Shown here one piece after another: positions 9,185 through 18,032 of a stretch of DNA of 64,000 nt; the first letter of the stretch is position 1, and each line of letters begins with the position of its first letter. Position numbers and translations under genes: made by a program. The notes under the pieces were generated by a model, which was not told the origin of the DNA, ran no database searches, and saw nothing but the letters and a program-made list of their open reading frames with translations. The stretch spans positions 56,101 through 120,100 of the forward strand of contig MEPR01000039.1 in the NCBI GenBank assembly GCA_001769835.1, read 5' to 3'. Source of the stretch: Bdellovibrionales bacterium GWB1_55_8 (GTDB lineage: Bacteria > Bdellovibrionota > UBA1018).

Positions 9185-9714
9185 GCTTTGGGTTTACTTG
9201 AGCCTGCGCGGTTAATCAAGCCCGGCTTCGCCTTGCTCAAAAGCTTTGCCTCAAAAGCCGCCATCTCATGGCCTCGTGCATGTGCTTTGGGTCCTTTGCC
9301 TTCGTGATCCTGACCCAGCAGATGAAGCAGGCCATGCACGAGGAGAACCCGTAGCTCCTCTTTGGCAGGATGCCCTATTTCACGCGCCTGCTTCTTCATG
9401 ACGGGAAGACAGATCACTAATTCACCCAGGAGGCCCTGTTCGCGGAAAACCTCGGGAGCTTCGAAGCTCAAGACATCCGTCGGCCCCTTTTTCCCGCGGT
9501 AGAACTCATTCAAACGCGCCATCTCAGCGGTGCCGACGAGATGAACCCCCGTGACCCACTCGTGCTTGGGCCCGAGTTTTCGGAGTTTCGGAAGGCTCCT
9601 GGCTTTCTTCAGATTCGCCGCAAGCAATCTTCGGGCAAGCCGGGGCCACTCAGGCTTCGATGAGGATGTTTTGGGTTTGGACCGGGTCTCAGTTCTTCTT
9701 TTTGGGCTCGCCAT
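9181..9714 (-). CDS. ybeY: rRNA maturation endoribonuclease YbeY
   Basis: 177 aa with the HxxxH zinc motif (LLVHGLLHLLGQDHE) and conserved …YRGKKGPTDVLSFE…. Basic N-terminal extension, so the true start is uncertain. A 4-nt overlap with the prfB start suggests translational coupling. Confidence 0.8.
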   Translation of the reverse strand: MASPKRRTETRSKPKTSSSKPEWPRLARRLLAANLKKARSLPKLRKLGPKHEWVTGVHLVGTAEMARLNEFYRGKKGPTDVLSFEAPEVFREQGLLGELVICLPVMKKQAREIGHPAKEELRVLLVHGLLHLLGQDHEGKGPKAHARGHEMAAFEAKLLSKAKPGLINRAGSSKPKA

Positions 9715-9740
9715 GGTGGCGTGATATACAGCGAAGAACC

Positions 9741-10664
9741 ATGACTCACAAGAACGAAGCCCCCCAAAGTCCGGCAGACAGCCTGCCGAAGGAAAACCAG
9801 AACGTCCTGAAACCCATCGAAGAACTCATTCAAACCGTGCATCGCCTGCGCGCGCCTGACGGCTGCCCTTGGGATCGCGAACAGACGCACCAGTCCATCC
9901 GCCAGTACTTCATCGAGGAAACCTACGAAACCATCGAGGTGCTCGATCAGATCGATAAGCCCGAAGACGTCAGAAAGGAGCAGATCCTCGGACGCCTGCG
10001 CGAGGAACTCGGAGACGTGCTGTTGCAGGTGCTCCTGCACTCGGAAATGGCCGATGAGCAAAAGGCATTCAACTTCGTGGAAGTGGCAAAAGCACTGAAT
10101 GAAAAGCTGATCCGCCGTCACCCCCATGTTTTCGGTGAAACACGGGTGAAAGACTCCGAACATGCATTCCAGAGCTGGGAAAAACAGAAAGCGAAGGAAA
10201 AGGCCTCAAAACCCGATGCCAGCGTCCTCGATGGCGTGCCGAAGGGCCTGCCCGCCGTGCAACGCGCCACGCGCGTGATCGAAAAGGTGACGAAGGTCGG
10301 CTTTCAGTGGACCGGACTGGAGGGCCCTCTTTCCAAAGTGGACGAGGAACTCGGCGAATTGAAGGCCGAAATCGAGCTGCTCCAAAAGGCAGGGAGTGAT
10401 CCCGCGGCACAGAGCCTGGCGCGGAAAAAAATCGGGCATGAGCTCGGAGATCTTTTTTTCTCGATCTGCAATCTCGCGCATATGCTGCGCGTCAGCCCTG
10501 AAGATTCCTTTCGAGGAACGATTCAGCGCTTCGAATCCCGCTTTCGTCATGTCGAAAAACGACTGAAAGAGATCGGCAAGACCCCCGAACAATCCACCCT
10601 TGAGGAAATGGACCGGTATTGGGATGAAGCCAAACGGCTTGGCAGGGAATCAGGAGCCGAATGA
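9741..10664 (+). CDS. mazG: Nucleoside triphosphate pyrophosphohydrolase MazG
   Basis: Tandem MazG domains (…HRLRAPDGCPWDREQTHQSIRQYFIEETYETIEVL…EELGDVLLQVLLHS…, and a second …ELGELKAEIE…ELGDLFFSICNLA…). Start placed at MTHKNE (9741) rather than the ORF-track 9660, which would overlap ybeY. Confidence 0.8.
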   Translation: MTHKNEAPQSPADSLPKENQNVLKPIEELIQTVHRLRAPDGCPWDREQTHQSIRQYFIEETYETIEVLDQIDKPEDVRKEQILGRLREELGDVLLQVLLHSEMADEQKAFNFVEVAKALNEKLIRRHPHVFGETRVKDSEHAFQSWEKQKAKEKASKPDASVLDGVPKGLPAVQRATRVIEKVTKVGFQWTGLEGPLSKVDEELGELKAEIELLQKAGSDPAAQSLARKKIGHELGDLFFSICNLAHMLRVSPEDSFRGTIQRFESRFRHVEKRLKEIGKTPEQSTLEEMDRYWDEAKRLGRESGAE

Positions 10665-11314
10665 AGCAGAAAAGACCTCCGGGCCAGCTTTCGGTCGGAA
10701 ACCGGGAAAGCAAGAACGCCGTGGAAGTTTGGGGCCTGACCGGGGGCATCGCCTCAGGAAAATCCCAAGCCGCTCGCATATTTGCCGAAGCAGGGGTTCC
10801 GGTCGTTGATGCGGATAAAATTTCCCGCGAGTTGAGCACGCCTGGAGGCGCTGCATACGATGCCATTCTGAAACGTTTTGGTACGGCGGACCGCGCGGAA
10901 CTTCGCTCACGCATTTTTCAGGATGCCTTGGCCAAACGCGACCTCGAAGCGATCCTTCACCCCCTGATTCAAGCCGAGAGCATGCGCCAGATTCAATCCA
11001 TCGCTGAAAACTGGCCCGGGCCTGCGCCCGGGCTTCGCGTCCTGTATGAAGCCGCTTTGCTGGTGGAAACGGGGCGATACCGAAACTTTTCGGGCCTGAT
11101 CGTGATCGAGGCGGAACGTGAACTTCGCAAGAAACGTCTGATCGCTCGCGATCGGATGGATGAGATCACCGCGGAGCGGATCATCGCCGCACAGACTTCC
11201 GATGAGGAGCGACGGCGAGCGGCTTCCGTGGTCATCGAAAACAATGGCACACTGGATGACCTCCGAGCCCGCGTAATTCACTTCATTATTGAAAGAGGCT
11301 GGGCGACAGCCTGA
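10661..11314 (+). CDS. coaE: Dephospho-CoA kinase
   Basis: P-loop GLTGGIASGKS near the N-terminus, about 200-aa CoaE-like layout. The true start is probably the downstream GTG at 10721 (VEVWGLTGG…). The ORF-track start overlaps the mazG stop. Confidence 0.8.
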   Translation: MKQKRPPGQLSVGNRESKNAVEVWGLTGGIASGKSQAARIFAEAGVPVVDADKISRELSTPGGAAYDAILKRFGTADRAELRSRIFQDALAKRDLEAILHPLIQAESMRQIQSIAENWPGPAPGLRVLYEAALLVETGRYRNFSGLIVIEAERELRKKRLIARDRMDEITAERIIAAQTSDEERRRAASVVIENNGTLDDLRARVIHFIIERGWATA

Positions 11315-11382
11315 TCACTTTACAAAGATCGATACCTCCCCTACCCTAAAAGCCTGCTTGTTCATTCATAGGAGAATTCGCC

Positions 11383-12279
11383 GTGAAGAGACCTTTCTCA
11401 GCTGTCGTATCGACTCTGTTTGCCTGTGCATTTTCCCTGACGGTCACCGCCTGCAATGTCTTTGAGCCACTGGATGGTCCCAGCTCAGACGCGCAACTTT
11501 TATCTGCTGCGCGGGCCGCTTTTGATCAGGGCAGATTTGAAGAGGCCGCCGATTTCTACGGTCGCCTTTCATCTGATTACGCGGAAGTCTCCGCAAGTGA
11601 ATCGGCCTTTCAGATTCTGGACCAGTACGGCGCATCCATGGGCGCTTTCATGAGCTCTTTCGGACAGGGTATGGAGAACATCGGCGTGGGATTCACCAGA
11701 CTCGCCCCGAAGCTGACCTCAGATGGACGTGCCCCCGGCCAGGCCAAGCGCGTTGCGATTTTTGGCGCTTTCCGGAAAATTGACAACATCACCTCGAACC
11801 CGGAATTACGGGGCCTGATTCGCTTTGTCTCGGCGGCGGCGCTGCTGTCTGAAATATTGGCTGAAAACACGGGCGCTTCGGGGTTGTTCCAGGAGGCCGA
11901 TCTTGTTGCCGATCCCAACGCTTGCCTGACTTTGGGCGCAGGTTGCGCAGCCCCCGGCGGCGCTTGCAGAATTCCGACAGGCAAAACGATCAATGACTCC
12001 GGCACCGCCTTCGAGTTGAGCCTGAATACAGCCGGGCGCCCTTCTGACCCTGCGGCACTCGCCAAACTCGACGTTGCGGCACCGAATTTTCAAATGATCC
12101 AGGCCGCACTGGTGGAAATCAATCACGCCCTTACGACTGAGATCGCCGCGAGCGGTGACCTCGGTGGATCGCTTCAGGGTTTCTCAGCGGAGTTTATCAA
12201 CGTCTACGGACTCGTCCTTGATGCGACTCCGAACTGTTATCGCCAAGGGCTTCTTCTGAACGGAATCGGAGCGAACTAA
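11383..12279 (+). CDS. Hypothetical lipoprotein
   Basis: Signal peptide plus lipobox (LFACAFSLTVTAC). Its stop overlaps the start of the next ORF (ATGA), so the two are likely co-transcribed. Confidence 0.5.
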   Translation: MKRPFSAVVSTLFACAFSLTVTACNVFEPLDGPSSDAQLLSAARAAFDQGRFEEAADFYGRLSSDYAEVSASESAFQILDQYGASMGAFMSSFGQGMENIGVGFTRLAPKLTSDGRAPGQAKRVAIFGAFRKIDNITSNPELRGLIRFVSAAALLSEILAENTGASGLFQEADLVADPNACLTLGAGCAAPGGACRIPTGKTINDSGTAFELSLNTAGRPSDPAALAKLDVAAPNFQMIQAALVEINHALTTEIAASGDLGGSLQGFSAEFINVYGLVLDATPNCYRQGLLLNGIGAN

Positions 12280-13397
12280 TGAAAGCACATCACCTGTTGA
12301 CCGCAGCAATCGTTATCATCTCCTTGTCCTCATTTCCCGAGCGAGCCCAGGCGCTTGAGCAGATCATCCGTCCCTATCAGAACGCGCGAAGCAGCGGAAT
12401 GGGCGGAGTTAAAATCACGACGGGTTTTTACGACGAGAACTTTTTCGGCAACCCCGCTCGTGTCACCCACAATCCGAAGTTCCGCCTGAGCCTGCTGGAA
12501 CCGACTTTCGAGATCAACCCGAACTCGATCAGCACCGTCTCGGATCTCGCCGGCGCCGATGATATCCTGCAGACGCTCGGGGATACCGCCGGACGGAGCA
12601 ATCACGTTCGTGTGCAGACGGTTTTCCCATCGATCTATATTCCGACGAACAATGGCGCGCGAATGTCCTATGCGTTCGGCGTGATCATGAACTCGCAGGG
12701 TGACGTGGCACTGAGAAGAAGCTTCCAGGTCAATCCCCAGGCCGTGGTCGATATCGGCCCGGCGCTTACGATTGGCAGGCGCTTCCTTGCGAATGATGCT
12801 TTGTCCGTAGGTCTGACTTCGCATCTGATTTATCGTGCGGCAGCTCGCACGAACCTTTCTCTCGGCGACCTGCTCGAAGACTCTTCGATGTCCCCCGAAC
12901 GAATTGGCGGCGATGGAGCTATGGTCGACTTTGACCTGGGCGCCACCTACGAACTTCCGTGGATCTGGAAAGATTTCCAGTTTCTCACGGGCGCAGCCAT
13001 TAATAACGTCCTTGGCGGCAAGTATTCGAATCTGAACCTGCAGGTGATCGATAATACGGCAGGTGCCCTCGAACAGCCGCGCACACTCGGCCTTGGCATC
13101 ACTGCACGCCGCGCGAAACTCGGCCCTTTCCGTGATTTTCAGACGGCTTTTGAGATCACCGACATTGGAAATAACGATGGTGGAAGCCTGTTCCGCCTGA
13201 TTCATATCGGCGCCGAAGCTCACTACGGAGTCCTGGCTCCGCGGCTCGGGATCAACCAGGGTTACCTGACCGGCGGACTTGGATTGAACACGCGGTTCTT
13301 CAGTCTCGATTACGCCTACTACGGTGAAGAGCTCACCTTAAACGCCGGCGGTTATGAAGATCGTCGCCATATCGTGAAAATAGCATTTCATATCTGA
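12279..13397 (+). CDS. Secreted putative outer-membrane protein, family not recognised
   Basis: 372 aa with signal peptide MKAHHLLTAAIVIISLSSFPERAQA. Alternating amphipathic beta-strand-like segments rich in G/Y/N. The antisense ORF 12330..13223 is judged a shadow ORF. Confidence 0.45.
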   Translation: MKAHHLLTAAIVIISLSSFPERAQALEQIIRPYQNARSSGMGGVKITTGFYDENFFGNPARVTHNPKFRLSLLEPTFEINPNSISTVSDLAGADDILQTLGDTAGRSNHVRVQTVFPSIYIPTNNGARMSYAFGVIMNSQGDVALRRSFQVNPQAVVDIGPALTIGRRFLANDALSVGLTSHLIYRAAARTNLSLGDLLEDSSMSPERIGGDGAMVDFDLGATYELPWIWKDFQFLTGAAINNVLGGKYSNLNLQVIDNTAGALEQPRTLGLGITARRAKLGPFRDFQTAFEITDIGNNDGGSLFRLIHIGAEAHYGVLAPRLGINQGYLTGGLGLNTRFFSLDYAYYGEELTLNAGGYEDRRHIVKIAFHI

Positions 13398-13451
13398 ACG
13401 AAACATTCGAAAGTCCGACAAAAAGGGTGTAAACAGGCTTAAACCCAATGG

Positions 13452-13979
13452 GTGAGGAGTTCCTGCATGACATCCGCTATTCTTGCGCCACGAGAGAAGC
13501 TTTTCCTTCTACTGGCGGTTTTCGCGCTTTCGACCACCGCCTTCGCCGAAGGTAATATCCGGGCAGGAAATGCTGCGGTCAGCGGTTATGCGGACGTCTC
13601 CCGAAGATCTGCCCCCAGCGATGCGACCGACTATGCGCTGGGTATCAATAGCTCTTATTTTTTCCGGGATTCTCTCGCGCTTGGCGTAAAGGGTACGATC
13701 AGCGGATCTTCCGATTCGGACATGGGCGCCCTTCTCGGTCCGACTGCCACGTACTTCTTCTGGAGTCAGGACAGCCTCGCGAGCTATGCCCGAGCCGGAA
13801 TTCAATTCGGCCTGACCGATGTCTCGGTCCTATCGATCATTCAGGGAGAACTCGGGCTCGAGCATTTCCTTCTACCTTCGGTTGCTCTCGGGCCGGTGAT
13901 CTCCTACTCTCATTACAATAGTCGCTACTCGGACTTCCAACGCCTCGGATTTTCCGTGAATCTGGCTATTTATCTGTAG
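13452..13979 (+). CDS. Small outer-membrane beta-barrel protein (OmpW/OmpA-like 8-strand type)
   Basis: Signal peptide (LLLAVFALSTTAFA) followed by alternating aromatic/hydrophobic beta-strand pattern with G/S/N-rich turns. Likely start is the Met at 13467. Confidence 0.55.
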   Translation: MRSSCMTSAILAPREKLFLLLAVFALSTTAFAEGNIRAGNAAVSGYADVSRRSAPSDATDYALGINSSYFFRDSLALGVKGTISGSSDSDMGALLGPTATYFFWSQDSLASYARAGIQFGLTDVSVLSIIQGELGLEHFLLPSVALGPVISYSHYNSRYSDFQRLGFSVNLAIYL

Positions 13980-14026
13980 GGCGGCCTGAACGAGATAGGG
14001 CCAAGCTCTCGATTTTCTTCGTTTCT

Positions 14027-14048
14027 TAAGACTCTCAAGTCTTTTTCA
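14027..14048 (+). terminator. Weak intrinsic terminator after the small OMP gene
   Basis: AAGACTctcaAGTCTT 6-bp stem followed by TTTTCAAA. Confidence 0.3.
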
Positions 14049-14119
14049 AATCAGCCGCTCTTGCGAACCCTTGCAACGCACCGCACAATAAGAGTGCGGC
14101 CATAGGCCCAGGAGTTCGT

Positions 14120-14584
14120 ATGTGGCAATCCCCCAATCAACGAGTCCGTGCGATCGCGAATTCAAAAAAACGCGAACGAGAAAGACTTCAGCAGCAATTT
14201 CACCTGAGAAGGGTTTCAGTGAGCCTGAAACTCGAACCGGCAGCCAGTGCGCCGCCAGACGCGCCCGCGGAGGCTATTACCCTCCTGGCGCGCGCTGTAT
14301 TGAACGATCTCAGCCCGCAGGGCATTGGCCTCTTTGTCTCGCAGCAACTCACCTCTGGCGAGATCCTGAGCCTGACGATCCATGGACATAAGCCACTCGA
14401 GGTGCGCGGCCGAGTCGTGGCATCTCAGGAGTTCGACAACGGAAGCCATATCCTGTCGCAGCAACACTTCACCTGCCGCGTCGGCATCCAGTTCATCTTC
14501 GACTCGCCCGAAAAAGAGCGCGAAGTAAAGGAATATTGCCAGTCGATTGCAGGCGAGCTGCTGGGCGGAAAAGCGGCGGCCTGA
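14120..14584 (+). CDS. PilZ-domain (c-di-GMP-binding) protein convergent with fliA
   Basis: 154 aa with an RxxxR-type motif (RERERLQQQFHLRR) and a D/NxSxxG motif (NDLSPQGIGL). Confidence 0.6.
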   Translation: MWQSPNQRVRAIANSKKRERERLQQQFHLRRVSVSLKLEPAASAPPDAPAEAITLLARAVLNDLSPQGIGLFVSQQLTSGEILSLTIHGHKPLEVRGRVVASQEFDNGSHILSQQHFTCRVGIQFIFDSPEKEREVKEYCQSIAGELLGGKAAA

Positions 14585-14586
14585 TA

Positions 14587-15648
14587 TCAACCCAGAAGCG
14601 TACTGACTTCGTCCCAATGTCCGCGCAGCTTTGATTTCAACCTGAGAATGGCCTGCGTATGCAGCTGGCTCACGCGTGACTCCGTCACGTCGAGGACCTT
14701 GCCGATTTCCTTCAGGTTCAGATCCTCGTAATAATAAAGCGAAAGCACGAGACGCTGTTTTTCGGGAAGATCCCTGATTGAATCGGCGATCATGCGCTTG
14801 ATCGAAGCCAGCGTCACTTCGCTGAAGGGCGTCGGAACTTTCGAACCGTTCTCACCCGCTCCGTGAAGCAGCCGCTTATCGGATTTCGAGAAGTTCAGGA
14901 TGTCATCATAGGAAAGAAGCGAGACGCTCCGGACCTGATTGAGCAGATCGTGATACTCGTCCTGCGTGATCTTGAGCTCCTCGCAGACTTCCTCATCAGT
15001 TGCCTGCCGGCCTTTCTGCTGTTCGATCTTGTTGTAGCAACGTTCGAGCAGTTTCGCCTTTTCGCGAACCGAACGCGGTACCCAGTCCTGCGCGCGAAGT
15101 TCGTCGAGAATGGCCCCGCGGATACGGAATTCAGCGTAGGTTTTGAATTTGTTGTCGCGATTCGAATCGTATTTCTCGATCGCGTCCATCAGCCCGATCA
15201 CTCCGGAGCTCATCAGGTCATCGAGTTCGATGTTCGCGGGCAGGCGCGCCGCTATTTTCTGCGCGATATATTTGATCAGCGGCGCATATTCCAGCACGAG
15301 CCTCTCGCGTGTGCTGTTGACAGGAGACAAATCCTCCTTCACCAGCTGCGCGGTTTGCGAAGCTTCACGCTCAAGCTCGGCCGCGATCTCTTTCTGCAGC
15401 TCGGCTTCCTCGCGCGCGGCTTCCTCTGCCGCCTTCGCGGCTTCCGCCGCTTCGCTCAGCGCCTGCTCTTCCGCTTTTGAAGTCTTGGTGCCCTTCGCAG
15501 GCGTTTTCGCCTTACCGGGCTTCGGTTTTTCCGGCGTTACAGCCGCAACCGCCTCGACTTCAGCGGCCTTCTTGGCTTTCTGCTCGCCCTTTGGCTCGCT
15601 TTTCCGCGCCGTATCCCGATACTTTTGAATTCCCTGGTTCAGCCTCAT
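14587..15648 (-). CDS. fliA: Flagellar sigma factor sigma-28 (FliA) with an unusual ~100-aa K/A/E-rich N-terminal extension
   Basis: C-terminal 250 aa carry sigma-70 regions 2-4 (…YAPLIKYIAQKIAARL…GVIGLMDAIEKYD…KFKTYAEFRIRGAILDELR…LSLYYYEDLNLKEIGKVLDVTESRVSQLHTQAILRLK). Last gene of the flagellar array after flhF and flhG. Confidence 0.8.
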   Translation of the reverse strand: MRLNQGIQKYRDTARKSEPKGEQKAKKAAEVEAVAAVTPEKPKPGKAKTPAKGTKTSKAEEQALSEAAEAAKAAEEAAREEAELQKEIAAELEREASQTAQLVKEDLSPVNSTRERLVLEYAPLIKYIAQKIAARLPANIELDDLMSSGVIGLMDAIEKYDSNRDNKFKTYAEFRIRGAILDELRAQDWVPRSVREKAKLLERCYNKIEQQKGRQATDEEVCEELKITQDEYHDLLNQVRSVSLLSYDDILNFSKSDKRLLHGAGENGSKVPTPFSEVTLASIKRMIADSIRDLPEKQRLVLSLYYYEDLNLKEIGKVLDVTESRVSQLHTQAILRLKSKLRGHWDEVSTLLG

Positions 15649-16574
15649 GCCTTTACCTCGCCCAACAGGATTCGCCAGAATCCTGTTTTATTGCCTGGCG
15701 CTGATCGCGCCGGTTCTTCCCTAAACCGACTTGGTGGGAGCCGTCTTTTGGTTACGATCCGTTCAGCATCAAATCCTGATTCTGATCCGGACCCCGTTCC
15801 CATTCTCGTTCCCCTGAGATACCGACCTAAAAACCTTTTGGCCAGTAACTCGAAGCAACGAACCGACAAAGCTCCTGACTCCAAGTCTAACAGAATTTTT
15901 CGATTCCTCACGGCCTGCGAAAATTTTTCATCACGTCCGCAATGCCCAAGGTACTCGAGCTCAACTCCTGAAATTCTCTCCGCATTCGCCTTAAGACTTC
16001 TGAACAACTTCTGCGCCTCAGCGCCATCTCGCGCTTGATTAACGATAACACCGGCTTGCAACCTTCCCAGGCGCGCTTTCAGATGGCCGATTCGCGAACA
16101 GGCTTCCGCCACTGACGTCGGCCGCGGCGTCAAGACAATGACGTACTCCGCCTTCAGGGCCTCGCAAATTTTCGAGTGTTCCTCGGCCTGAGCAGATCCT
16201 CCGGAACCCAGATCAAGAAACGCCACTTCAGCGCAACCTGCCTTCGCGGTAAGACTGCTTTCATCGGCCCTTTCAATGGCGGGCACCAGCCATAAATCCT
16301 GCTCGATTTCGTAGACAGGCTCGTTACTCAGAAAAGGCCCGGCGCCGAACGCATCGATCAGACTCACGCGCGGATTCTTCTCCAGCTCGACCGCAGCCAC
16401 CTTCCATCCAGAACGAGCCAGAATGGCGGCGATATTGGCCAGAACCGAACTTGTGCCCGCGCCTGGCCCTGAGCCGGCGAATGCAAGGACCCGCGCACTG
16501 CGGGTATCCGAGTCCGATTTCGGCCGCTCGCGCATCAGCCTGCGAAGCGTTTCAGCCTGATCCCCCACTTCCAT
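15645..16574 (-). CDS. flhG: MinD/ParA-family flagellar number regulator FlhG (FleN/YlxH-like) with a degenerate Walker A
   Basis: 309 aa immediately downstream of flhF, with a MinD-like fold. The P-loop reads AFAGSGPGAGTSSV where KGGxGK[ST] is expected, so both lysines are missing. Confidence 0.65.
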   Translation of the reverse strand: MEVGDQAETLRRLMRERPKSDSDTRSARVLAFAGSGPGAGTSSVLANIAAILARSGWKVAAVELEKNPRVSLIDAFGAGPFLSNEPVYEIEQDLWLVPAIERADESSLTAKAGCAEVAFLDLGSGGSAQAEEHSKICEALKAEYVIVLTPRPTSVAEACSRIGHLKARLGRLQAGVIVNQARDGAEAQKLFRSLKANAERISGVELEYLGHCGRDEKFSQAVRNRKILLDLESGALSVRCFELLAKRFLGRYLRGTRMGTGSGSESGFDAERIVTKRRLPPSRFREEPARSAPGNKTGFWRILLGEVKA

Positions 16575-16595
16575 ATCCCCCCTTTGAGTCAGGCC

Positions 16596-18032
16596 TTAGA
16601 AATTCATGATCAATGCAGCCACACGTTCACGAGACGCCTCTTCGATGTCCTCCGGAACTCGCTGACCTGTCGTGAAATAAAGAAGCGGGAGCTTGGCCTT
16701 TTGCGAAACATTGTAAACCGCGCCGTAAACGGTGGTCTCATCCAGCTTCGAAACGATGATTCCCTGCGGTCGAAACAATGCGAACCGATGGGTGGTTTCG
16801 TAGAGCTCCGTATCCCGCGTCGTCGCGGAAAGGACGAGATGCGTTCGAACGTTCGGCACCGCGCTCAGCAGATCATGCATCTCTTTCAAAGTGCCTGCAT
16901 CGCGCTGTGAACGCCCGGCGGTATCGATCAAGACAAGATCGAGCGATTGAAAATCCTGGATTGCGATCCGAAGCTCCTCGAGCGTGCCGACCGAACGAAA
17001 AGGAACGTTCAGAATTTTCGCGTAAGTGCCAAGCTGGTCGAAAGCGGCTACTTTATAGCTGTCCAGATTGATCAAACCGACTTTCAGGTTACGCTTCAAC
17101 AATCCTTCACTGGCAATCTTGGCGACCGTGGTGGTCTTGCCCACTCCCGTCGGTCCCACCATCGCGATCACGACGGGTCCATTCTCACGCTGGCCGGCTT
17201 CAATTCCGCTCAACGGCGAGAGCACCTCGGTGCTGTCCATGAGTTCCATGGCAAGCTGATCCGTGACTGCGTCGAGGCTATTCGCGTTCTCTGAACCTGT
17301 CTGCGCGGCTGCCTTGCGCACCAAGGCCAACGCGTAACGGCGATCCACTCCGCTCACGATCAGCTGCTCAAAAGCGTCCTGTAGTGCCGGCGTACCAAGC
17401 GCCTCGGAACCCATGAGCGACTGAGCACCCGTAACCGCCGGAGCTTCCTCCTCCTTGGTTTTCATCTCGTGAATCATCGCCTTCAGGTTCCGCAGCTCTT
17501 CCTCAAGCGACATTCGCTCGCGACTTGCGGAATCCAGACGGCCGGTAGCGGCGTTGGCCAGTGAAGCGGAGTTCTTGTTCGCCACCGCGGCACTCGTCGC
17601 CGTGGCAGGGGCTTCGGGTGAATCGATGTCGATGTATCGCGTTGCCGTGATGCTCTTCTTCTGGGCTGTTGCGGCAGCCTGTTGCTGCGGGAGCTTTTTC
17701 GCGCCGCCGCTCAACTGGACGCGATCTTTCGTGTTCTTCGCGCGATCCATGTGCCGTTCAGTGTATTTGTCGTAGAGCTCAGCTTGTTTTTGCGCGCCCA
17801 TTTTCCCCACTGCGGTCTTGCTCTGAGCGGGAAGCCGGGTTTCCACAAAGGTCTTCTTCGAAAGTGAGCGCTCCGACACGGCCGCCGTCACTTCGACCGA
17901 TGGTTTCGACATCAGGCCGAATCCCCGCTTATTCCTTTTCGTCTGCAGGATGATGGCTTCCGGACCCAGCTCGCGCTTGATCGTATCGAGGGCTTCTTGA
18001 ATAGTCGGGGCTTCGAATTTCTTAACTTGCAT
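16596..18032 (-). CDS. flhF: Flagellar SRP-type GTPase FlhF
   Basis: Conserved N-terminus MQVKKFEAPTIQEALDTIKRELGPEAIIL. GTPase motifs VIAMVGPTGVGKTTTVAKIA, DTAGR and TKLDET-like (SKLDETT). Confidence 0.85.
   Translation of the reverse strand: MQVKKFEAPTIQEALDTIKRELGPEAIILQTKRNKRGFGLMSKPSVEVTAAVSERSLSKKTFVETRLPAQSKTAVGKMGAQKQAELYDKYTERHMDRAKNTKDRVQLSGGAKKLPQQQAAATAQKKSITATRYIDIDSPEAPATATSAAVANKNSASLANAATGRLDSASRERMSLEEELRNLKAMIHEMKTKEEEAPAVTGAQSLMGSEALGTPALQDAFEQLIVSGVDRRYALALVRKAAAQTGSENANSLDAVTDQLAMELMDSTEVLSPLSGIEAGQRENGPVVIAMVGPTGVGKTTTVAKIASEGLLKRNLKVGLINLDSYKVAAFDQLGTYAKILNVPFRSVGTLEELRIAIQDFQSLDLVLIDTAGRSQRDAGTLKEMHDLLSAVPNVRTHLVLSATTRDTELYETTHRFALFRPQGIIVSKLDETTVYGAVYNVSQKAKLPLLYFTTGQRVPEDIEEASRERVAALIMNF

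Noticed and set aside
9660-9740. Extended mazG N-terminus from the ORF-track start (MRMFWVWTGSQFF…)
   Set aside because: It would overlap the ybeY coding region by ~55 nt on the opposite strand. The conserved MazG sequence begins at MTHKNE (9741).
9609-10163. 184-aa minus-strand ORF overlapping mazG and ybeY
   Set aside because: Antisense to mazG, which has clear MazG motifs. The overlap pattern is implausible.
12330-13223. 297-aa minus-strand ORF antisense to the 372-aa secreted-protein gene
   Set aside because: The plus-strand ORF has a signal peptide and is translationally coupled to the upstream lipoprotein gene. The minus-strand ORF has neither signal peptide nor motifs. Not fully certain.
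14863-15628. Plus-strand ORFs (205 aa, 161 aa) antisense to fliA
   Set aside because: Shadow ORFs. fliA on the minus strand has unambiguous sigma-70 region motifs.
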